This document shows, in pieces, positions 45,433-56,394 of a stretch of 64,000 bases of DNA. The notes beneath the pieces were generated by a model that ran no database searches, was not told the DNA's origin, and saw only the letters and a program-made list of their open reading frames with translations. Position numbers and translations under genes: made by a program. Within the stretch, counting starts at the first letter, position 1; each line of letters opens with the position of its first letter. The stretch is from Candidatus Kaiserbacteria bacterium (GTDB lineage Bacteria > Patescibacteriota > Minisyncoccia > Phycocordibacterales > UBA918). Where the stretch lies: assembly GCA_016699245.1 (NCBI GenBank), contig CP064968.1, positions 835,042 through 899,041 on the forward strand, in the 5' to 3' direction.

Positions 45433-45873
45433 GTGTATAATCAAAAAATGACACATTCACTTCCACAACTCTTGCAAGAAAAAGGGTTTCGAGTCACCAA
45501 AGGACGGGTGGCACTCTTGAAACTTCTTGAGACTGCGAGTCAGCCTCTCTCTGTACATGATATTTTGACAGAGTGGAAAGGAAAAGCCCCCGATCAAGCA
45601 ACACTCTATCGATCACTCGCTGATTTGAGTGATGCAGGAATTGTCCATCGGATTAATTTTCATTCAGGAACGGCGTATTTTGAATACGCTCCCGATCGAC
45701 CTCATCATCATCATATCGTCTGCAGCGAGTGTGGGGTCATTGAAGAAATAGAGGAGTGTTCAGTAGGGACACTTCAGAAGAAATTGATGCGCGAATCAAC
45801 ACAGTTTATAAAAATTAATGCCCACATCCTTGAGTTCTTTGGTGAATGCAAGAAATGTGTGGCAACTACATAA
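45433..45873 (+). CDS. Fur-family metalloregulator (Zur-like)
   Basis: Winged-helix N-terminus, HHHHIVCSECG...CKKC metal sites; adjacent to a ZIP transporter gene. Confidence 0.8.
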   Translation: MYNQKMTHSLPQLLQEKGFRVTKGRVALLKLLETASQPLSVHDILTEWKGKAPDQATLYRSLADLSDAGIVHRINFHSGTAYFEYAPDRPHHHHIVCSECGVIEEIEECSVGTLQKKLMRESTQFIKINAHILEFFGECKKCVATT

Positions 45874-45879
45874 TGTAAT

Positions 45880-46623
45880 ATGATTCCAGTCTATATACTT
45901 ATAAGTGTCCTGATTATCAGCCTCATATCATTTGTGGGTGCACTCACGTTGGTGCTTAAAAGAGATTTGCTCAATAAGAGTGTGTTTCTTCTGGTGAGTT
46001 TAGCGGTAGGAGCGCTTCTCGGGGATGTGTTTGTTCATATAATTCCTGAAGCGTATGAAGAGTTACCTGATCCGACAATAATTTCTGTTTTAATTATTGG
46101 AGGTATTCTTATTTTCTTTATTCTTGAAAAGGTTTTGCACTGGCATCATCATACGCAGGAACATGCAGAAGAACATACTCATGCAGTCGGGAAGATGGTG
46201 CTCCTCGGGGATGGAGTACACAATTTCATTGATGGACTCTTGGTTGCCGCGAGTTACATGGTATCAATTGAAGTTGGTATTGCTACGACGATAGCCGTTA
46301 TCCTTCACGAGATTCCTCAAGAGATGGGTAATTTCGGCGTACTCATTCATGCGGGATATGGGAAAGCGAAAGCACTTTGGTACAACTTTGTGTCGGCGTT
46401 CACAGCAGTGGTAGGTGCGCTCGTGGCGCTTATGCTCGGAAGCGTGACTGACCAATTTGCACTCTGGCTCCTCCCACTCACCGCAGGAGGTTTCATATAT
46501 ATTGCACTTTCTGACTTGATACCAGAACTCCATAAAGATAGTCGTATCGGCCACGGTATTGCACAGGTGATTGCAATAATTATTGGTGTTGTATCTATGA
46601 TAGCGTTGCTTGCGTTGGAGTAG
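45880..46623 (+). CDS. ZIP-family zinc transporter (ZupT-like)
   Basis: His-rich loop HWHHHTQEH; HNFIDGLLVAASY and HEIPQEMGNFGVL ZIP signatures. Confidence 0.85.
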   Translation: MIPVYILISVLIISLISFVGALTLVLKRDLLNKSVFLLVSLAVGALLGDVFVHIIPEAYEELPDPTIISVLIIGGILIFFILEKVLHWHHHTQEHAEEHTHAVGKMVLLGDGVHNFIDGLLVAASYMVSIEVGIATTIAVILHEIPQEMGNFGVLIHAGYGKAKALWYNFVSAFTAVVGALVALMLGSVTDQFALWLLPLTAGGFIYIALSDLIPELHKDSRIGHGIAQVIAIIIGVVSMIALLALE

Positions 46624-46710
46624 GAGGACAAACAGAGAAGTTGGGACTGACACGCTATTTCCTTGGGGTTTGTGACAGGGAAGTTGATGGTGAAATGATA
46701 GTATAGGTAA

Positions 46711-47028
46711 ATGAAAATAAAAAATACACTAACAATTTTTATTGCTGCTGCTACAGCAAGTTATGCAACGGTTTTTCTACCACCAAGTAACGGTATCACC
46801 ATTGGAATTTTTTCTGATAGACAAACAAACACAACTGAGTTTGTGAGAGAAGTCTTCGCATCAGGGTTTCCGATAAAATTTTATTTTCCTGGTGGGTACG
46901 ATTACGGATCACACTTCATGAGTGAGGCTTTTTGGGTTAATACTACGATTATTTTTTCCGTCTTCATTTTTGCATATATCATATATAGAAAAGAAACAAA
47001 AATTGTTCATGAGGGCGTTCTGGAGTAA
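46711..47028 (+). CDS. Small hypothetical membrane protein
   Basis: Signal peptide plus a C-terminal transmembrane helix. Confidence 0.35.
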   Translation: MKIKNTLTIFIAAATASYATVFLPPSNGITIGIFSDRQTNTTEFVREVFASGFPIKFYFPGGYDYGSHFMSEAFWVNTTIIFSVFIFAYIIYRKETKIVHEGVLE

Positions 47029-47040
47029 TATTAGTGGTAT

Positions 47041-48819
47041 ATGAAGTTTTTTAAAAATACTCTTGTTTTATTATTATCAGTAGCCGTAGTGATTCCTTTT
47101 TCAGTTAGGGGAAGTGAACGAGACGACCGAGGCGCAGTTTCGACCGAGCGATTGGAAGGAATGGAAGCGCGAGTAGACGAGCGTCTACGAGGACTAGAAA
47201 AGCGTTTTAGTAGTTTTCGAGACGATGAAGTGGTGGTTAAGTTTGCAAATGATGATGTGCCTCGGTTAATCAGGTCAAAGGGAATATCTGTCGAAACGTT
47301 ACTTTCTGACTACTCACAAAGGAATGATGTTGAGTATGTCGAACCAAATTACATTGCTTCTGCATTTTTGGTTCCCAACGACCCACAATATCAAAACCAG
47401 TGGAATTTTGATAATCCGATAAACAATGGCATTGGTGCCGAAGAGGCATGGAATGTGAGTACCGGTTCGGGAGTGGTCGTGGCAATAATTGACACTGGCG
47501 TGGCATACGAGAATTATCAGCAAGGAAGTTGGTTCTTCGACCGAATTAATTATTATCGAGCTCCTGACTTGGCGGGAACCACTTTTGTCCCTGGTTACGA
47601 TTTCGTAAATGACGATACTCATCCTAATGATGATGAGGGGCATGGTACGCACGTGGCGGGCACTATTGCCGGCACAACCAACAACAGCGAAGGTGTGAGT
47701 GGTCTCGCGTATGGAGCAAAAATCATGCCCATTAAAGTTCTGGACGCAAATGGGAGTGGCACGTACTTTGACATTACAGAAGGCATCAGATTTGCCGCTG
47801 ACAACGGAGCAAAAGTAATCAACCTGTCTCTCGGGGGTTCTTCCGGAGCCACATATCTTGAAGACGCGTTGCGATACGCATACGAAAAGGGTGTAACTAT
47901 TGTGGCTGCTTCTGGCAACAATAGCGCCGGCTCGGTGTCGTATCCAGCTGCCTATGACAATTACGTAATCGCGGTAGGTGCTACTCGTTTTGACAAGTCT
48001 AAAGCGAGTTATGCTAATTATGGTAGTTCACTTGATATTGTTGCGCCCGGTGGAGATACCAGCGTTGATCAGAATGGTGATGGCTATGGCGACGGCATTC
48101 TCCAGCAAACTTTTGGCAGTGCTCTAAACAGTTTTGGCTACTACTTTTATCAAGGTACCTCCATGGCAACACCTCACGTAGCGGCCGCCGCCGCCATGGT
48201 TATCGCTCAGGGCACTCATTCACCTTCGTTAGTTCGGAGTATTTTAGAAGGAACAGCTGATGACCTTGGTGTCTCAGGTCGTGATGATGTGTATGGTCAC
48301 GGACTTCTCAATGTAGCGACCGCTCTTGGTGTTAAAAACACACCCCCTCCAGAACCAGAACCATCAACTGAAATTAACGTCCATGGTGAAAGCTTTGAAA
48401 GTGGTCTTGGAAGCTGGAGCCAGGATAGTCAAAATGATTGGCTTTCTTCGACTCAGAGAAAGATCACAGGACAACGTTCAGCTGAAGTTGATGGTCGTGC
48501 CACCAATGCCTTATTATCATCTCCTGGTATAAATTTGAGTGGCAAAACTAACGCCAGAGTTTCTTTTTCTTGGTTAATAGAAAACGACTTTGACAGTGGT
48601 GAATACATAGCATTTGATGTGTCGACGAATGGTGGTACTTCATGGAATGAATATGTGAGACTTCGTGGTAATGTTGACGCTGAAAACGTTTGGCACAACT
48701 ATACTCTGAACTTAAACGATCTGAATACTTCTGCCACCCTTAAACTTCGTTTTCGCGCCACAGTGTCTGGGAGCAGTGAAGATGGGAATGTCGATAACGT
48801 AACAGTGATTGCCTATTAG
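47041..48819 (+). CDS. Secreted subtilisin-like (S8) serine protease with a C-terminal beta-rich extension
   Basis: Signal peptide; catalytic triad blocks VVAIIDTGV, HGTHVAGTIAG and GTSMATPHVAAAAA. Confidence 0.9.
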   Translation: MKFFKNTLVLLLSVAVVIPFSVRGSERDDRGAVSTERLEGMEARVDERLRGLEKRFSSFRDDEVVVKFANDDVPRLIRSKGISVETLLSDYSQRNDVEYVEPNYIASAFLVPNDPQYQNQWNFDNPINNGIGAEEAWNVSTGSGVVVAIIDTGVAYENYQQGSWFFDRINYYRAPDLAGTTFVPGYDFVNDDTHPNDDEGHGTHVAGTIAGTTNNSEGVSGLAYGAKIMPIKVLDANGSGTYFDITEGIRFAADNGAKVINLSLGGSSGATYLEDALRYAYEKGVTIVAASGNNSAGSVSYPAAYDNYVIAVGATRFDKSKASYANYGSSLDIVAPGGDTSVDQNGDGYGDGILQQTFGSALNSFGYYFYQGTSMATPHVAAAAAMVIAQGTHSPSLVRSILEGTADDLGVSGRDDVYGHGLLNVATALGVKNTPPPEPEPSTEINVHGESFESGLGSWSQDSQNDWLSSTQRKITGQRSAEVDGRATNALLSSPGINLSGKTNARVSFSWLIENDFDSGEYIAFDVSTNGGTSWNEYVRLRGNVDAENVWHNYTLNLNDLNTSATLKLRFRATVSGSSEDGNVDNVTVIAY

Positions 48820-48982
48820 AGTCCTCATTTGATAATAGACATCGGAGGTTGTCCTTGTTTATTATTATATACTCACATACAAAATTGGTCGGCATACCAT
48901 AGAGAAGTGCAGTACCCATGCTGACAATATCTGTATTGGTCTGTTATACTTTCAGTATAATTAGTACCTAGCAAAAGAATAT

Positions 48983-49432
48983 ATGGAACAAGCAACTCTT
49001 CGCCATACCATCATTGATTTTTTAAACAATCATCGTAAAGCAGTCTTTGCTATTTCTGATGAAGATGGTTTGCCTACCACCTCACTCATGCTCTACATCA
49101 TTGATGATGAGTTGAATGTGTTCTTTGGTACCCGCAAGGCATTTTCAAAATATCAACACATTATTGATCAGCCTGTCGTCTCTCTTTCAGTTATTGAAGA
49201 AGCAGTCGACCCACTTAGAGTAGTGGATATTCGTGGCACGGTAGAAGAACTCGCTCCGCATGATCAAGAAAATGTGCATCGGTGGTTCAAAGAAAAGAAT
49301 CGTTCCAAATATTACGTGGAAGGAGCAGAAGATTTTGTCATGTTTAAACTCACTCCTAATTTCGTGCGCTGGCTTAATGCCGAAAGTGGCGAACTTTGTA
49401 TTGTGGACCTTACACAGATTCGTTCTTGGTAG
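48983..49432 (+). CDS. Pyridoxamine 5'-phosphate oxidase-like FMN-binding split-barrel protein
   Basis: General-stress-protein-26-like N-terminus (AVFAISDEDGLPTTSLMLYIIDD). Confidence 0.6.
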   Translation: MEQATLRHTIIDFLNNHRKAVFAISDEDGLPTTSLMLYIIDDELNVFFGTRKAFSKYQHIIDQPVVSLSVIEEAVDPLRVVDIRGTVEELAPHDQENVHRWFKEKNRSKYYVEGAEDFVMFKLTPNFVRWLNAESGELCIVDLTQIRSW

Positions 49433-49440
49433 TGATATTA

Positions 49441-49473
49441 AAAACGCCGGCCCACTCGTGGGCCGGCGTTTTT
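49441..49473 (+). terminator. Rho-independent terminator
   Basis: aaaacgccggcccactcgtgggccggcgttttt. Confidence 0.85.
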
Positions 49474-49525
49474 ATATTGGGTGATAGTGAGCGGAGAGTG
49501 TATCGCGCATAATATCACTTTATGA

Positions 49526-50191
49526 GTGATTGTTGGTTTTGTTTGGTATACTGCACTCATGAATATCTACTATGTTTTTATAGGAATCATTGTACTCATT
49601 GTATTGTGGACACTTGGAAGTTATCTTGTTGTCCGTACTATTGAAAAACCTGCTTATACAATAATTGAAAATAGGGATGGATATGAGGTGCGTGAATACA
49701 AGCCTTATATAGTGGCTGAGACCAAGGTGTCGGGAAACAGGCAAGAAGCAGTCACTAGTGGTTTCCAAATTATTGCTGATTATATTTTTGGGAATAATGT
49801 GAGCAAAAAGGGAATCGCAATGACAGCGCCGGTTTTAGAAAGTCAGGTGTCTGAAAAAATTTCAATGACGTCCCCTGTGCTGAGTACAGAAGGTGCAACA
49901 GGTGAGAGAGTAATCGCTTTTGTATTACCATCCACATATACACTTGAGACGTTGCCAATCCCAAACAACACCGCAGTCACGCTCCGCGAAGTCCCCGCAC
50001 ACACCGTGGCAGCCCTCACATTTACCTGGTACCCAACTCCAACGCGCATAGAAAAGAAAAAAGAAGAACTCATTTCTTTACTCGAAAGAGACAAAGTGTC
50101 CCCGATTGGCGACATACAAGTCGCGCAATACAATCCACCACTCTCCATGCCGCTTATGCTCCGTAACGAAATTATTATCCCGATAGAATAG
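49526..50191 (+). CDS. SOUL/HBP heme-binding family protein, membrane anchored
   Basis: N-terminal transmembrane helix followed by the SOUL fold (YEVREYKPYIVAET...GIAMTAPV...PAHTVAALTF). Confidence 0.7.
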   Translation: MIVGFVWYTALMNIYYVFIGIIVLIVLWTLGSYLVVRTIEKPAYTIIENRDGYEVREYKPYIVAETKVSGNRQEAVTSGFQIIADYIFGNNVSKKGIAMTAPVLESQVSEKISMTSPVLSTEGATGERVIAFVLPSTYTLETLPIPNNTAVTLREVPAHTVAALTFTWYPTPTRIEKKKEELISLLERDKVSPIGDIQVAQYNPPLSMPLMLRNEIIIPIE

Positions 50192-50284
50192 AAGTGTTTG
50201 GGGTGTATGATGTTCAACTCTTTAAAAAACATCCCGAAATTCTTATTAAAGAATTTCGGGAAGTAAATTGATCGCTGTCTGTTG

Positions 50285-51145
50285 CTAATGTGCGTTCATG
50301 AGTGCGTGGAGTACATCTTTTCCGTACTGAGGAATTCGGAGTAGTTGGTAGTCCGGCATTATATCTAGTCTATGCTCGATAATATATTGAAGTGCCACAT
50401 CTCCTTTGAGCGTAAGTGCCGGTGAAACAATATCAACACCACATGTATCAATATACCAGGAGCGGAGACTACTATGTTGTTTTGAAAGCATCATATCTCC
50501 ACTGTCTCGTTCCCATACATAGTCTGCAACTGTCGAACTTGGCGGAACGTATAACCGTTCAAAGTATCGGATGATACCGTTTTTGATTATTTGAGCCGCA
50601 AGGTCGGGTGCGCTGATAGTATCTGCCGCATGAAGCCAACTCTGCTTTTCTTTGGCAAGACGTACAAAGAGGAGATATTTCCCCAACTCTCTTGAAATAA
50701 GGGAAGCCAACTCCTCTCGCGTCGTCGGAGCATCTGTGAATGTTAAGAGCAATTCTCCCACGAGACCAAGTTTTTTGCTGAAATCCTTATCATCTTCGAT
50801 TCTTTCTCGAAAATCCTCGATGCACCTCGGTGTTTTGTACAGTGCATCCATATTGAAATAGATAGCAGATTCTTTTTCCCAAAACACGACCTTCGTATAC
50901 ATACCCTCGAGAGAGTATGTATCGAGTCCGTCTGGAAGACCGAATTTAACCGTTGGTGTTATGCGAAGCGGAGGGCAGAAGGGAATAGTCAGTGGTGAAA
51001 TTGGGTAGCAAAATCCTCCACACTCGTGAGTCTCAACAACTTCTTTGAGTAAGGTTCGGATGAACCTCATATCTCGTACACGTTCTATCTCACGCTCACG
51101 TTCGAGTTGTAAACGATATAACTTGTCTTGTCTTGATTCAGCCAT
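50285..51145 (-). CDS. Hypothetical protein
   Basis: 286-aa ORF with good coding signal; no motif recognised. Confidence 0.4.
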   Translation of the reverse strand: MAESRQDKLYRLQLEREREIERVRDMRFIRTLLKEVVETHECGGFCYPISPLTIPFCPPLRITPTVKFGLPDGLDTYSLEGMYTKVVFWEKESAIYFNMDALYKTPRCIEDFRERIEDDKDFSKKLGLVGELLLTFTDAPTTREELASLISRELGKYLLFVRLAKEKQSWLHAADTISAPDLAAQIIKNGIIRYFERLYVPPSSTVADYVWERDSGDMMLSKQHSSLRSWYIDTCGVDIVSPALTLKGDVALQYIIEHRLDIMPDYQLLRIPQYGKDVLHALMNAH

Positions 51146-51355
51146 GGCAACCTCCTTGGAAATGGTTGAGTATATGCAACTTCTATAAAAAATTTTACGT
51201 CTGTTTTATTAGTTTGTCAAATTTTTATTCAAGTTTTAGCCTGATTCTCTTGTGACCAAAGCATCCCTAGTCCCACCCAGAATTGACGGATGGACAATAC
51301 CCCATCCCCTCTGAACCGACTCCCAAAAAATGGACAATGTCGATTGATTTATTCT

Positions 51356-51883
51356 TTAACGATTTTCTTTTTCGATAGCACTCGGAACAGTTAGGTAACT
51401 GTCAAAATAGATGGCGTGGCACGTGTAGCCACTTGGATTTTTTTGTAGATAATCCTGATGAAAGTCTTCGGCTGGCCAAAAACGTGTGAGTGGCTCAAGT
51501 GTAGTTACGACAGGATCATCCCATCGACCCGATTCATTCACTACTGCAATCATTTCCTCTGCCGTATTCTTTTCTTCTTCGGTCGCAAAAAAAATTGCTG
51601 AACGATATGAAGTTCCTCTATCATTTCCTTGCTGATTGAGTGTCGTTGGATTATGGATTTGAAAAAAGAAGTCAAGGATATTTTTGTAGGTAGTAACTGT
51701 GGGGTCGTAAGTAATTTCAACTGCTTCGGCATGACCAGGGTGAGATTCGTAGGTCGGATTATCATTTTTTCCGCCCGTATAACCTGTCTCGGTATCAACA
51801 ATACCAGGCTGTGCTCGGAGCAAGTCTTCTAACCCCCAAAAACAACCCCCCGCCAACACTGCTTTTTTGTAATTTTGTGACAT
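51356..51883 (-). CDS. msrA: Peptide methionine sulfoxide reductase MsrA
   Basis: [11 protein letters not shown] active site. Confidence 0.9.
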   Translation of the reverse strand: MSQNYKKAVLAGGCFWGLEDLLRAQPGIVDTETGYTGGKNDNPTYESHPGHAEAVEITYDPTVTTYKNILDFFFQIHNPTTLNQQGNDRGTSYRSAIFFATEEEKNTAEEMIAVVNESGRWDDPVVTTLEPLTRFWPAEDFHQDYLQKNPSGYTCHAIYFDSYLTVPSAIEKENR

Positions 51884-52026
51884 ATATTATTTATTATGCA
51901 TTTCAAGCGAAATGCCGTTGATACAGTATCGGTCGTGACGACCTAAATCACTTTCTTCACCATAAGTTATTTTTGTTCATCAGGGAAGATGTGTCAGTGT
52001 GTAAAGATAACTTTACACACGAGTAG

Positions 52027-52260
52027 ATGCTGTATAGAATAACCAGTATGCATACATGCATACAAAACAGTGTATCCGAATACCGCATGCATCGTGAAGT
52101 TACTCAGGAGGAACTTGCGTGTGCTGTGGGGGTGAGCCGTCAAACAATTATTGCCCTTGAGAAAGGTAATTATACACCCTCCGTTTTATTGGCCCTCAAG
52201 ATAGCAGGTTTTTTTAACGTGCCTGTTGAAAAATTATTTACTATATCGTATGAAAAATAA
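52027..52260 (+). CDS. XRE-family helix-turn-helix transcriptional regulator
   Basis: [38 protein letters not shown] is an HTH_XRE motif. Confidence 0.8.
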   Translation: MLYRITSMHTCIQNSVSEYRMHREVTQEELACAVGVSRQTIIALEKGNYTPSVLLALKIAGFFNVPVEKLFTISYEK

Positions 52261-52612
52261 TCTTATAGAAGTCGGCACGATGTTGTGTCTCATAATCATT
52301 GCAATTCTTTTGCTCAATCCGTTTGACTTTTGGATGCCCGACATGATGGTAATGGGAATGCTGGGACTTGCACTCATTTTATTCGGAGTTTTTGCAACGT
52401 TTCTCCTCCGAGAAAAAACGGTGGATGAGCGCGATGCCGTGCACGAAACACTTGCGGGACGGAATGCGTTTTTGGTTGGTTCAGCAGTCTTGATACTCGG
52501 GATTGTCGTGGAGGGGTATACCCACACGGTTGATCCGTGGCTCGTGAGCACCCTTGTTTTCATGAGTGTGGCAAAGATTGCTACGCGCATATGGAGTGAT
52601 AAGAATCAGTAG
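52226..52612 (+). CDS. Hypothetical membrane protein co-transcribed with the XRE regulator
   Basis: Four transmembrane helices; overlaps the XRE gene end by 35 nt. Confidence 0.45.
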   Translation: MKNYLLYRMKNNLIEVGTMLCLIIIAILLLNPFDFWMPDMMVMGMLGLALILFGVFATFLLREKTVDERDAVHETLAGRNAFLVGSAVLILGIVVEGYTHTVDPWLVSTLVFMSVAKIATRIWSDKNQ

Positions 52613-52662
52613 TCAGTTATCCCCTATGCATAATGTAAAGTAGCCTTTACATTTGAGTTTTA

Positions 52663-54288
52663 TTGTATACAATAGTAAATATGATAAAAAAGATTATTAT
52701 TGTCGCTCTGGGGTTAGTGGTACTCGGTTTTTTGTTTTACGCATTTTCTCCAATATTCAAAACTGTCCATCTGACTGAAGATGCACCGATGACCAACAGT
52801 AGTGCATCAAGTACCCTCATGTCATCGGAGATTCAGGAGTATCCGATAGTTGGCACCGAGGGGCATCCCGCAGAAGGTGTTGTGAAGCTTATTGATTCCC
52901 CAGAAGGAATGATTGTTCGGTACGAGAATTTCAAGACCATCAATGGTCCGGATTTGTTTGTGTATCTGAGTAAAGATCTTGAAGGAAAAGAGTTTGTAAA
53001 TCTTGGAGAAATACGCGGGACAGAAGGAAATATAAATTACACTATTCCCAGCGAAGTAGATATTTTAGAGTATCGATACGTGCTGACGTGGTGTAAACAG
53101 TTTGGAGTTCTCTTTAACTACGCAGATTTCGGTACACAGATAATGACCGATGAAGTACAAGTACCGGAAGTTGTAATAGAGAAAACAGATACTATAAGTC
53201 AATCAGCAGAAGTTCAGGCAGAGCGTACTATTCTGCAAGAGAGTGCAGTCGTAGAAAAAACTGCGCTATTAGCAAACGGATGTTTTTGGTGCGTTGAGCA
53301 TGATCTCGAAAAAGTTAATGGTGTCATTGATGTAGTCTCAGGGTATGCAGGTGGGGAAGCGGAGAGTCCAACTTATAAAAATTACGCTGAAAGTGGACAT
53401 CGTGAAGTGGTGCAGGTGACCTACAACTCGAATACGGTGTCGTATGGCAATCTCGTGGAGCATATTATAAAGCACGGTGACCCCACAGATGACAAAGGGT
53501 CCTTTGGAGATCGTGGACAACAATACGCTCCGGCAATTTACTATGAAAGTGAGGGAGAAAAGGAAGAGGCGTACCGAGTAATTAAAGCAATCGATGCACT
53601 CCGTGTTTTTCCCGAGCCACTCCCACTTTTGGTAACTCCTCGCGTCACGTTTTGGCCGGCTGAGGAATATCATCAAAATTATTCAGAGAAAAATCCAATT
53701 CGCTATACCTATTACAGGTCGGCATCGGGAAGGGATACATTCATTAAAAAGTATTGGGGCAATGATGCACACCTTTTTATAGTCTCTAATAACGAAAAAA
53801 ATAATATGAAAAAAGAAAATTCAGTTTCAAAAGAGGGTTCGTGGGATTCCTTTGTAAAGCCCACGAAGGAGGAACTAAAAAGACTTCTCACTTCAATCCA
53901 GTTTGAAGTAACCCAAGAGGAAGGTACTGAGCGTCCGTTCACCAATGAGTATGACAAAAATTACGAGGAAGGCGTGTATGTCGATGTGGTGTCGGGTGAG
54001 CCACTGTTTCTCTCAAATGATAAGTTTGACTCCGGAACTGGGTGGCCTTCGTTTGTAAAGCCAATTTCACCTGAAATGGTAGTACTCCATGAAGATAATA
54101 CTTTTTTCTCGAAGCGAACAGAAGTACGTTCTCGCTACGCCGACTCACATTTGGGACATGTGTTTGACGATGGACCGAAGGACCGTGGCGGTAAACGGTA
54201 CTGTATGAATTCCGCATCACTTCGTTTTATTCCACGAGTTGATATGGAGAAAGAAGGATATGCATATCTCGTTACGTACATGAAATAA
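52663..54288 (+). CDS. Membrane-anchored DM13-MsrA-MsrB tri-domain methionine sulfoxide reductase
   Basis: N-terminal transmembrane helix; DM13-like beta domain (residues about 60-160); Msr[11 protein letters not shown]; MsrB (SelR) CxxC...[11 protein letters not shown]. Confidence 0.8.
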   Translation: MYTIVNMIKKIIIVALGLVVLGFLFYAFSPIFKTVHLTEDAPMTNSSASSTLMSSEIQEYPIVGTEGHPAEGVVKLIDSPEGMIVRYENFKTINGPDLFVYLSKDLEGKEFVNLGEIRGTEGNINYTIPSEVDILEYRYVLTWCKQFGVLFNYADFGTQIMTDEVQVPEVVIEKTDTISQSAEVQAERTILQESAVVEKTALLANGCFWCVEHDLEKVNGVIDVVSGYAGGEAESPTYKNYAESGHREVVQVTYNSNTVSYGNLVEHIIKHGDPTDDKGSFGDRGQQYAPAIYYESEGEKEEAYRVIKAIDALRVFPEPLPLLVTPRVTFWPAEEYHQNYSEKNPIRYTYYRSASGRDTFIKKYWGNDAHLFIVSNNEKNNMKKENSVSKEGSWDSFVKPTKEELKRLLTSIQFEVTQEEGTERPFTNEYDKNYEEGVYVDVVSGEPLFLSNDKFDSGTGWPSFVKPISPEMVVLHEDNTFFSKRTEVRSRYADSHLGHVFDDGPKDRGGKRYCMNSASLRFIPRVDMEKEGYAYLVTYMK

Positions 54289-54294
54289 ATAATT

Positions 54295-54666
54295 ATGATA
54301 AAAATTAAAGAAATAATTTCAATTAGTAGTATCCCCATTGTCCTTGCATCACTGTGTTGTCTTTCACCTGTTGTTCTCGTGTTGCTTGGTGTGTCGACGG
54401 TGAGTTTTGCTTCGTCACTTTCTGATACGCTGTACGGAGAGTACAAGTGGGTATTTCGTGGTGTTGGATTACTCGCCCTCCTTGGCTCACTCGCATACTA
54501 CCTGCGGAGAAAGAAAGGAGTGTGCACCATAGATGATATGAAGCGGAGACGCAATGAAATTATAAATTATATTGCGCTCACGCTTGTTGCGGGTATTCTC
54601 GGGTATCTCTTTTTCCTCTACGTCGTCGTGCATTATATTGGGGTAGGGCTCTCCCTCTGGGATTAG
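54295..54666 (+). CDS. Small membrane protein with a transmembrane Cys pair (CCLSP); possible redox or metal partner of the Msr fusion
   Basis: Two transmembrane segments; 7-nt gap after the Msr fusion gene. Confidence 0.35.
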   Translation: MIKIKEIISISSIPIVLASLCCLSPVVLVLLGVSTVSFASSLSDTLYGEYKWVFRGVGLLALLGSLAYYLRRKKGVCTIDDMKRRRNEIINYIALTLVAGILGYLFFLYVVVHYIGVGLSLWD

Positions 54667-54747
54667 GTTCTTGAATTCTGTGTTGTATGCAGTCACCGTT
54701 GTATCCATAATGGTACAATTAAGTATTACTTATTTAAATCTATAAAT

Positions 54748-55155
54748 ATGTCAATTCTTCAATATGTATATTTGTACCTGCTCACCGTCCCGGTATTTTT
54801 TGCTATAGATATGCTGTGGCTTGGTGTTGTTGCAAAAGGTTTTTACCAAGAAAAGTTGGTGAATTTCCTTGGCCCTGTGAATTGGACTGCGGCGATTGTA
54901 TTCTACCTCATATTTATTGTGGGGATTCTCATATTTGCGGTTATACCTGCGCTCCAAGAGCAGTCACTCATGAAAGCGGTGGTGCTTGGAGCACTGTTTG
55001 GATTTTTTACATACGCTACATACGACCTCACTAACTTAGCAACACTCAAAGATTGGCCAATCCTTATTGTCTTCGTGGATATTCTTTGGGGAGCAGTGCT
55101 TTCGGGGTCCGTCGCAACAGCGAGTTACCTAATTGGTAAAAACCTTTTCTTTTAG
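54748..55155 (+). CDS. DUF2177-like small membrane protein
   Basis: Four transmembrane helices. Confidence 0.35.
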   Translation: MSILQYVYLYLLTVPVFFAIDMLWLGVVAKGFYQEKLVNFLGPVNWTAAIVFYLIFIVGILIFAVIPALQEQSLMKAVVLGALFGFFTYATYDLTNLATLKDWPILIVFVDILWGAVLSGSVATASYLIGKNLFF

Positions 55156-55158
55156 AGT

Positions 55159-55935
55159 ATGTTACTTTACGAATTAGCAGTCATAGCAGCAGTTATTTTT
55201 TCTTTCGTGACAACGTTGTACGTGATTTCGCTCATCATTAAACGAAATGATATTGCGGATTCTGCATGGGGCGTTGGTATTCTGATCGTGGCAATGATGA
55301 GTTACTTTTTGAGTGCTGAGAAAGGAGTACTCATGCAGGTGCTTCTCTTGCTCGCAACATTGTGGGGTGTGCGTCTGTCCGTACGCATTTTCCTCCGTAA
55401 TATACATAAAGAGGAAGACTATCGATATAAAAAGTGGCGTGACGAATGGGGCGCTTGGTTTTATGTGCGGAGTTATTTTCAGGTATATCTACTCCAGGGA
55501 TTTTTAATGATTGTGGTGGGATATTCCTTCGTTCATGCAAGTGTGTATGGAAGTACTGCACCCATAGGGGTAGTATCGGTATTGGGGATTCTGATGTGGA
55601 GTGTTGGTTATTTCTTTGAAGTCGTTGGTGATTGGCAACTCGACCAGTTTATTAAAAGTAAGCCGGCGCAAGGAGCAATCCTTAAGACGGGATTATGGAA
55701 GTACACCCGCCATCCTAATTACTTTGGTGAAGTCATTATGTGGTGGGGTGTGTGGCTACTCGTAGCCACGTTGCCTATGGGATATGTAGCACTCGTCAGT
55801 CCACTCATGATTACCTTTCTCATTTTAAAGGTTTCGGGTATACCAATGCTTGAAAAGCGATTTGAAGGAAATGCCAATTTTGAAGAGTATAAGCGAAAGA
55901 CGAATGCTTTTTTCCCAGGGAAATCAAGAGTATAG
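55159..55935 (+). CDS. ICMT/DUF1295-family membrane methyltransferase-like protein
   Basis: C-terminal RHPNYFGEVIMWWGVWLL (R-H-P-x-Y-x-G-E signature). Confidence 0.65.
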   Translation: MLLYELAVIAAVIFSFVTTLYVISLIIKRNDIADSAWGVGILIVAMMSYFLSAEKGVLMQVLLLLATLWGVRLSVRIFLRNIHKEEDYRYKKWRDEWGAWFYVRSYFQVYLLQGFLMIVVGYSFVHASVYGSTAPIGVVSVLGILMWSVGYFFEVVGDWQLDQFIKSKPAQGAILKTGLWKYTRHPNYFGEVIMWWGVWLLVATLPMGYVALVSPLMITFLILKVSGIPMLEKRFEGNANFEEYKRKTNAFFPGKSRV

Positions 55936-55990
55936 ATTTGGTGTTTAAGAGTTATATATCAAGATTGGCACTGCATTTTTCTGGCCTATC

Positions 55991-56332
55991 TTGCCCTTTC
56001 ATGAATATTTGAGACAATGGAAAGATATGAATATTGAATCAATGAACGCTCCACAGAGCGATGAAGAAGTACCAATGACTCGTGAGGAGATAGTAGATGC
56101 AATCAAAACAACGGTAGCACGTATCGAAGAACTTAAGGCACTGAGTGCAGAAGTGGGAGAGAATATTGATGTTGAACTTGGTTCGGAAGAGTATATTGAT
56201 TTTGGTCACCTGGCGCAGGCTCGGGAACTCGAAGAAGAACTTGAAGGTCTTAATGCAGACCTTATTATGTTTGACGACAAAGTAGCTCTCGAGACAATGA
56301 CTGATGCTGCACAGCGAAAACTTGATTTATAA
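55991..56332 (+). CDS. Hypothetical acidic protein
   Basis: 113-aa ORF followed by a terminator. Confidence 0.35.
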   Translation: MPFHEYLRQWKDMNIESMNAPQSDEEVPMTREEIVDAIKTTVARIEELKALSAEVGENIDVELGSEEYIDFGHLAQARELEEELEGLNADLIMFDDKVALETMTDAAQRKLDL

Positions 56333-56340
56333 AGGAATGT

Positions 56341-56375
56341 GAAAATCACCGCCCGCGAAGCGGGCGGTGATTTTC
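56341..56375 (+). terminator. Rho-independent terminator
   Basis: gaaaatcaccgcccgcgaagcgggcggtgattttc. Confidence 0.85.
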
Positions 56376-56394
56376 TTACGATATAGTTTTCTGT

